Source: an uncultured Spirochaetia bacterium
GTDB lineage: Bacteria; Desulfobacterota_D; UBA1144; Nemesobacterales; UBA2774
Assembly: GCA_964618635.1 (NCBI GenBank)
Contig: CAZUDM010000004.1
Location: forward strand, 10,739 to 74,738
DNA length: 64,000 nucleotides
Reading direction: 5' to 3'
The notes beneath the pieces were generated by a model. That model did no database searches. It had not been told where the DNA came from and was given only the letters and a program-made list of their open reading frames with translations. This document shows positions 59,205-64,000 of this stretch, in pieces (position 1 is the stretch's first letter; the number at the start of each line of letters is the position of its first letter). The translations under genes were made by a program, and so were the position numbers.

Positions 59205-61441
59205 TGACACTTTCCAGGGAGCTTCAGGAAACACTTAAAAGGTCTTACGAGCAGGCGAAGGAAAGGCGGCACGAATTCATCACGCTCGAGCATATACTGC
59301 TGGAGCTGACATACGACCACGACGCTGCGGAGGTTCTTACGGGATGCGGGGTTGACCTCGAGCGGCTGAGAACGAGCCTCGAGGACTTTATCGACGAGAA
59401 CATGCCCCCGGTAGATTCCGAATATCTCCCGGAGCCCCAGTATTCCGCGGGGAGCCATTACGTCCTCAGGCTCGCCGCCATGCACGCCGAGTCCGCCGAC
59501 AAGCAGCAGATAGACGGGGGGAATATACTCGTCGCCATGTTCAGGGTGGACGAGTCTCACGCCGTGTATCTTCTGAACGAGCAGGGCGTGAACAGGTACG
59601 ACCTCGTGAGATACATCTCGCACGGCGGGACGGGGCACAGCCCGCAGGAAAAATCGACCAGCATAGCGAAGACGGACACGCAGGCGCAGGAAGGGGCGAA
59701 GGACCCGCTTTCGGAATTCTGCACTAACCTCGTAAAAAAGGCGCGCGACGGGAAGCTCGACCCTCTCATCGGCCGCGAGTCGGAGATAGACCGGACGATA
59801 CACATACTCGCCCGGAGGCGTAAGAATAACCCTATATTCGTCGGCGACGCCGGTGTCGGGAAGACGGCCATAGCCGAGGGGCTTGCCCTCCGAATCGCCA
59901 GAAATGAAGTACCGAAGGCGCTCGAAAACACCGCCATATACGCCCTCGACATGGGCTCGCTCACTGCCGGGACCCGCTACAGGGGGGATTTCGAGGAGAG
60001 GCTGAAGTCCATAATAGACAGCGTGAAGGGGGACGATAAGAAAGTCCTCTTCATAGACGAAATACATACCGTAATAGGAGCAGGCGCCGTTTCCGGGGGG
60101 ACGCTCGACGCGTCGAACATGCTCAAGCCCGCGCTCTCTAACGGCGAGATAAGGTGCATCGGGACGACGACGCTCAAGGAATACAGGAGCGTTTTCGAGA
60201 AGGACCACGCCCTCGCACGGAGGTTCCAGAGGATAGACGTTTACGAGCCGAGCGAAGAGGAATGCGTCAAGATCCTTCACGGGCTGAAAAAGCATTACGA
60301 GGAGTTTCACGGCGTGAGGTATTCGACGCCTGCGTTAAAGGCGGCAGTCGAGCTTTCGGCGAAGTACATGAACGACAGGAGGCTCCCGGACAAGGCTATC
60401 GACCTCATAGACGAGGCCGGGGCGGCTGTGAAGCTAAGGAGCTACGACACGGGCGTTAAGCAGGTTACGGTGAAGGACATAGAGGCGCTCGTATCGAAGA
60501 TAGCGAAGGTGCCGAGCCGGACGGTGAAGGTGGACGACAGGCACAGGCTCATGACGCTGGCTTCGGACCTGAAGAAGGTTATATTCGGGCAGGACGAGGC
60601 GGTGGAGAAGCTCGTGACGGCGATACAGATGTCGCGCTCGGGCCTCAGCGAGCCGGACAAGCCTGTCGGCAATTTCATGTTCGCGGGGCCGACCGGCGTC
60701 GGAAAGACGGAGCTCGCAAAGCAGCTCGCCGAGGCGCTCGGCATCGGGTTCATACGGTTCGACATGAGCGAATACATGGAGAAGCATACTGTGTCGAGGC
60801 TCATAGGGTCGCCCCCGGGATACGTCGGATACGACGAGGGCGGGCAGCTCACCGAGGCCGTTCACAAGAACCCGCATGCTGTCCTTCTCCTCGACGAGAT
60901 AGAGAAGGCGCACGAGGATATATATAATGTGCTGCTCCAGGTTATGGACCACGCGACTCTCACGGATTCCAACGGAAGGAAGGTCGATTTCAGACAGATT
61001 GTGCTGATACTGACGACGAACACGGGCTCACGGGAGAGCAGCCAGAGGACCCTCGGCTTCGAGAAGGACGAGTTCGAAGACAAGAGCGTCCAGGCCATAG
61101 AGAGGTATTTCAGCCCCGAGTTCAGGAACAGGCTGAACGCCGTTCTCCATTTCAGCTCGCTCAGCAGAGAAGTCGTCGAGAAGATAGTCGACAAGATGGT
61201 AGGGCAGCTCGCCGATAGGCTGAAGGTCAAGAAGGTGTCAGTCGAGCTTACGCCGGAAGCAAGGGCCTTTATAGCAGAGAAGGGCTACGACAAGCTCCTG
61301 GGGGCGAGGCCGATACAGAGGTTCATCGACAACGAGATAACGCAGAAGCTGACGCAGGAGATTCTTTTCGGGAAGCTGGCGTCGGGCGGGAGCGTGAGGA
61401 TAACCGCGAAGGACGACGGGCTCGGATTCGAGTTCGAGTAA
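59204..61441 (+). CDS. clpA: ATP-dependent Clp protease ATP-binding subunit ClpA
   Basis: Two AAA+ modules (GDAGVGKT, GPTGVGKT) and N-terminal Clp_N repeats. 745 aa. Confidence 0.95.
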   Translation: MTLSRELQETLKRSYEQAKERRHEFITLEHILLELTYDHDAAEVLTGCGVDLERLRTSLEDFIDENMPPVDSEYLPEPQYSAGSHYVLRLAAMHAESADKQQIDGGNILVAMFRVDESHAVYLLNEQGVNRYDLVRYISHGGTGHSPQEKSTSIAKTDTQAQEGAKDPLSEFCTNLVKKARDGKLDPLIGRESEIDRTIHILARRRKNNPIFVGDAGVGKTAIAEGLALRIARNEVPKALENTAIYALDMGSLTAGTRYRGDFEERLKSIIDSVKGDDKKVLFIDEIHTVIGAGAVSGGTLDASNMLKPALSNGEIRCIGTTTLKEYRSVFEKDHALARRFQRIDVYEPSEEECVKILHGLKKHYEEFHGVRYSTPALKAAVELSAKYMNDRRLPDKAIDLIDEAGAAVKLRSYDTGVKQVTVKDIEALVSKIAKVPSRTVKVDDRHRLMTLASDLKKVIFGQDEAVEKLVTAIQMSRSGLSEPDKPVGNFMFAGPTGVGKTELAKQLAEALGIGFIRFDMSEYMEKHTVSRLIGSPPGYVGYDEGGQLTEAVHKNPHAVLLLDEIEKAHEDIYNVLLQVMDHATLTDSNGRKVDFRQIVLILTTNTGSRESSQRTLGFEKDEFEDKSVQAIERYFSPEFRNRLNAVLHFSSLSREVVEKIVDKMVGQLADRLKVKKVSVELTPEARAFIAEKGYDKLLGARPIQRFIDNEITQKLTQEILFGKLASGGSVRITAKDDGLGFEFE

Positions 61442-61524
61442 AAGAAACCCCTCGGCGGCCGGCAATTTCTGGAATATAATTAAGGTCGGAAGCATCCCAA
61501 ACATGACGACAGAGGTTCACCCAT

Positions 61525-61887
61525 ATGCCGCGATTAGATAATTTGCTCCGGAGGCCGCTATTTCTCTCCTTTGTGCTCGGAATGGTAATGACTATATTCT
61601 CCCTGAGCTCCTTTGCGGGAGACGCGCCGATAGTAGTCGCCCAGGGGTCGAAATCGAGCGGGAACGAGGTCATGAAATCTATAGAAGCCGGGAAGGACTA
61701 CAAGGGCATGTCGAAGGAAGAGGTCGTTGCCGAGATAGGCGAGCCCTGGCGGAAGGATACTACGCCCGTCAAGGCGCGCTACGATGAGAAGTGGATCTAC
61801 AGCTGCCAGGCGAAGGACGGCCTCACGTACGACTGCGTGTTCCTCTATTTCATGGGTAGCCGTGTCGTAAACGTCGAAGTACTCTGA
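61525..61887 (+). CDS. Hypothetical small periplasmic protein
   Basis: Signal peptide. 120 aa. No catalytic motifs. Confidence 0.45.
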   Translation: MPRLDNLLRRPLFLSFVLGMVMTIFSLSSFAGDAPIVVAQGSKSSGNEVMKSIEAGKDYKGMSKEEVVAEIGEPWRKDTTPVKARYDEKWIYSCQAKDGLTYDCVFLYFMGSRVVNVEVL

Positions 61888-61904
61888 GTTCAAGGAGATT
61901 AGCC

Positions 61905-62453
61905 GTGAAAAAATGTCCAAGGTGCGGTGCTGAGCTTAAGACGAAGGTGCTCGGGTCGATAGAAGTCGACGAGTGCGGGTCGTGTAAGGGCGTATGGCTC
62001 GAAAGGGGAGAGCTCGAAGAGGCGAAGGAAGAGGCGGACCCCAACCTCAACTGGCTCGATTTCGAGATATGGAAACACCCGGAAAAATTCAGGTCGAACA
62101 GGGAGGGCGTCGATTGCCCCACATGCGGCACCGCAACCGCGAGCCTCGAATACGGGGATACGGGAGTAGAGATAAATTACTGCCGCACCTGTCACGGCGT
62201 ATGGCTCGACAGGGACGAGCTCCCGAAGATAATAGAATCCCTCGAAGACGAGATGGCCCGGAAGACGCTTTCCGACTATTTCCACGAGAGCATAAAGGAA
62301 GCGAAGGAGCTCGTCACCGGAGACGAATCCTTCATGTCGGAATGGAAGGATTTATCGTCCGTCCTGAAGCTGATGCAGTACAGGCTCTTCGTCGAAAAGC
62401 CGAAGCTCGTAGAAACCCTGACAGAGCTGAACACTTTAAATCCATTTAAATAG
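61905..62453 (+). CDS. Tandem zinc-ribbon (zf-TFIIB-like) domain protein
   Basis: Two CPxCG...CxxCxGVWL modules (CPRCG...CGSCKGVWL; CPTCG...CRTCHGVWLD). Confidence 0.65.
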   Translation: MKKCPRCGAELKTKVLGSIEVDECGSCKGVWLERGELEEAKEEADPNLNWLDFEIWKHPEKFRSNREGVDCPTCGTATASLEYGDTGVEINYCRTCHGVWLDRDELPKIIESLEDEMARKTLSDYFHESIKEAKELVTGDESFMSEWKDLSSVLKLMQYRLFVEKPKLVETLTELNTLNPFK

Positions 62454-62465
62454 CACGCAGCCCCG

Positions 62466-62795
62466 TCACAGACCGATTTCCAGAGAATTTATGCGGCCGT
62501 CGCCGTCAAGACCGAAACGGAAGGTGAGATCGACCGGGCTTCCGGGGAAATTGCCAGAGACGCGCGCGACGACTATAGCCCGGCCGTTTTCCAAGCGGTA
62601 TTCGAGCGGCTCAGCCGTCGCCCCGTATTTGGCGCTGGTTCTTTCTATCCAGGCACATATGGCAGCATGGCCCGTGATGTTTTCTCCCTCGTCCCTGACC
62701 GTGGCGTTCGGAGCGAAGCGGGAGAGGAGCCGGTCCGCATCGTGCGCGTTATGCGCCGCGAAAAATTCGTCGAGATTAGCCGGTAAATTGATCAT
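62466..62795 (-). CDS. NTF2-like (SnoaL-like) protein
   Basis: 109 aa, typical NTF2-fold length and pattern. Confidence 0.5.
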   Translation of the reverse strand: MINLPANLDEFFAAHNAHDADRLLSRFAPNATVRDEGENITGHAAICAWIERTSAKYGATAEPLEYRLENGRAIVVARVSGNFPGSPVDLTFRFGLDGDGRINSLEIGL

Positions 62796-62856
62796 TTGTG
62801 TCCCCTTTAAATTGCTTTGAGCTGGGATAATTTTGATGGTAGCTTAAACTATCGAA

Positions 62857-63225
62857 ATGGCAAGAACTGACAGAAAAGTAGGGTACTCACCCACAGGTAA
62901 GCTTGAAGACGTTACTCCCGACATGGCCGCGAGCGGCGTAGAGGGGGCGCTCCGCCTTCTCGAGGGCCGCTGGAAGATGGTGATCATATTTCACCTGTTC
63001 GCGAGAGGGGTGCTCCGATTCTCGGAGCTCGAGCGTGCTATTCCTGCCGTTTCGCAGAAGATGCTCATACAGCAGCTCCGCGAGCTGGAGCGTGACGGCA
63101 TAGTGTCACGCACTGTCTATCCGCAGGTGCCGCCGAAGGTCGAATACAGGCTGACGGAATGGGGACAGGCCCTTTGCCCCGCGCTCGACGCGCTCCTCGA
63201 ATGGGCAGCCCTCAAAAAGAAATGA
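62857..63225 (+). CDS. HxlR-family winged-helix transcriptional regulator
   Basis: GRWKMVIIFHL...RFSELERAIPAVSQKMLIQQLRELERDGIV HxlR signature. Confidence 0.85.
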   Translation: MARTDRKVGYSPTGKLEDVTPDMAASGVEGALRLLEGRWKMVIIFHLFARGVLRFSELERAIPAVSQKMLIQQLRELERDGIVSRTVYPQVPPKVEYRLTEWGQALCPALDALLEWAALKKK

Positions 63226-63392
63226 GGACGGGGCCATCTATTCCAGTCCATCCGTTTCTGTTATACGTTCCGGGTCTACATGCTGCAAGAAAAACCTCCG
63301 GCTCGTTAAAACATGGGCATAGAGGGAAAAAATCACGGTTATAATTAATCAATACAATTCTTTACCACCAAAGTGTCCGGAGGAACTCATCA

Positions 63393-64000
63393 ATGAACAA
63401 GAAAACCATATCGAAATTCCCGTATATGATCCTTTTACTGATTTTCGCGTGCGGATTCGCGCTTGCATGCGACGGGGAGAACGTGCTGACGGGACCGGAA
63501 GCTCCAGGGCCTGAAGAGCCCGGCCCTGAAGAGCCGGGACCGGAGGAGCCGGGGGACAACGAATTTAACGCCGAGACCGCCGCCGAGCTTATGTATCTGA
63601 GTCTCCAGGCATACCAGATGCTGATAGACAATAACAACGGGCAGTCCTTCACGCTCCCCGCGCCCTATGAGCTGCATCAGATACTCCTCACGCCCGAAGG
63701 CTTCCTCGGGGAGTCGCTGCCCGTGGAGGTGCCTATAGCGTTCGTCGCGACGAGCGGCTCCAACATTTACATGGTATTCAGGGGGACCAAGACGATAGAC
63801 GAGTGGATAAGCGACGCCGATTACCCGCTCGTGGACTACACATACGGCGGGAAGACGGAAAAGGGATTTACCGACATATATAACACGCTGTCAGTTACCG
63901 AGGCGATTTCCAGCGCAGCCGAGTCGGGAAATTACAATAACGTTTATGTGACGGGCCACAGCCTCGGGGCGGCGCTGGCCGTCCTGGCGATACCTGACAT
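63393..64000 (+). CDS. Class-3 lipase family protein (secreted/lipoprotein), 3' end beyond the window
   Basis: Signal/lipobox (LLLIFACGFALAC), PEEPG-repeat linker, nucleophile elbow GHSLG. Confidence 0.75.
   Translation, partial: MNKKTISKFPYMILLLIFACGFALACDGENVLTGPEAPGPEEPGPEEPGPEEPGDNEFNAETAAELMYLSLQAYQMLIDNNNGQSFTLPAPYELHQILLTPEGFLGESLPVEVPIAFVATSGSNIYMVFRGTKTIDEWISDADYPLVDYTYGGKTEKGFTDIYNTLSVTEAISSAAESGNYNNVYVTGHSLGAALAVLAIPD

Noticed and set aside
1-64000. CRISPR arrays, rRNA genes, insertion sequences/transposases, integrases
   Set aside because: No regularly spaced short repeats, no rRNA-like conserved blocks, and no transposase/integrase-like ORFs were found on either strand.

Overview
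This is a high-GC (~60%) chromosomal window from a Gram-negative-type bacterium. The assignment rests on OmpA/SPOR/OM beta-barrel proteins, ClpS-ClpA, DegP and a Ku-LigD pair. Most of it is conserved core genes, listed in the features. In brief: a ksgA/GGDEF/ftsB block, thrC, thiE converging on leuS, the prs-rplY-pth cluster, an H+-pyrophosphatase, the rpsF-rpsR-rplI operon, clpS-clpA, and a stress/repair neighbourhood at 20.4-29.3 kb.

The standout region is 10.95-15.67 kb. A tRNA-Arg(CCG) gene is followed by three imperfect direct copies of its own 3' half, which delimit low-GC (AT-rich) segments, and no integrase is present. The largest segment carries a 915-aa UvrD-like SF1 helicase fused to a Cas4/AddB-type PD-(D/E)XK nuclease with a four-Cys Fe-S motif. 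This is a plausible horizontally acquired helicase-nuclease defence or repair module. A 48-aa basic tandem-repeat micro-ORF lies next to it. A tRNA-Leu(CAG) sits at 43.19 kb.

Other loci worth checking: a PPK2 gene translationally coupled to two unknown proteins; an ~850-bp GC-rich non-coding stretch at 18.4-19.3 kb; a 16-bp perfect palindrome in the Ku promoter; and a repeat- and hairpin-rich ~790-bp intergenic region upstream of mnmG. No CRISPR array, rRNA or transposase was seen.
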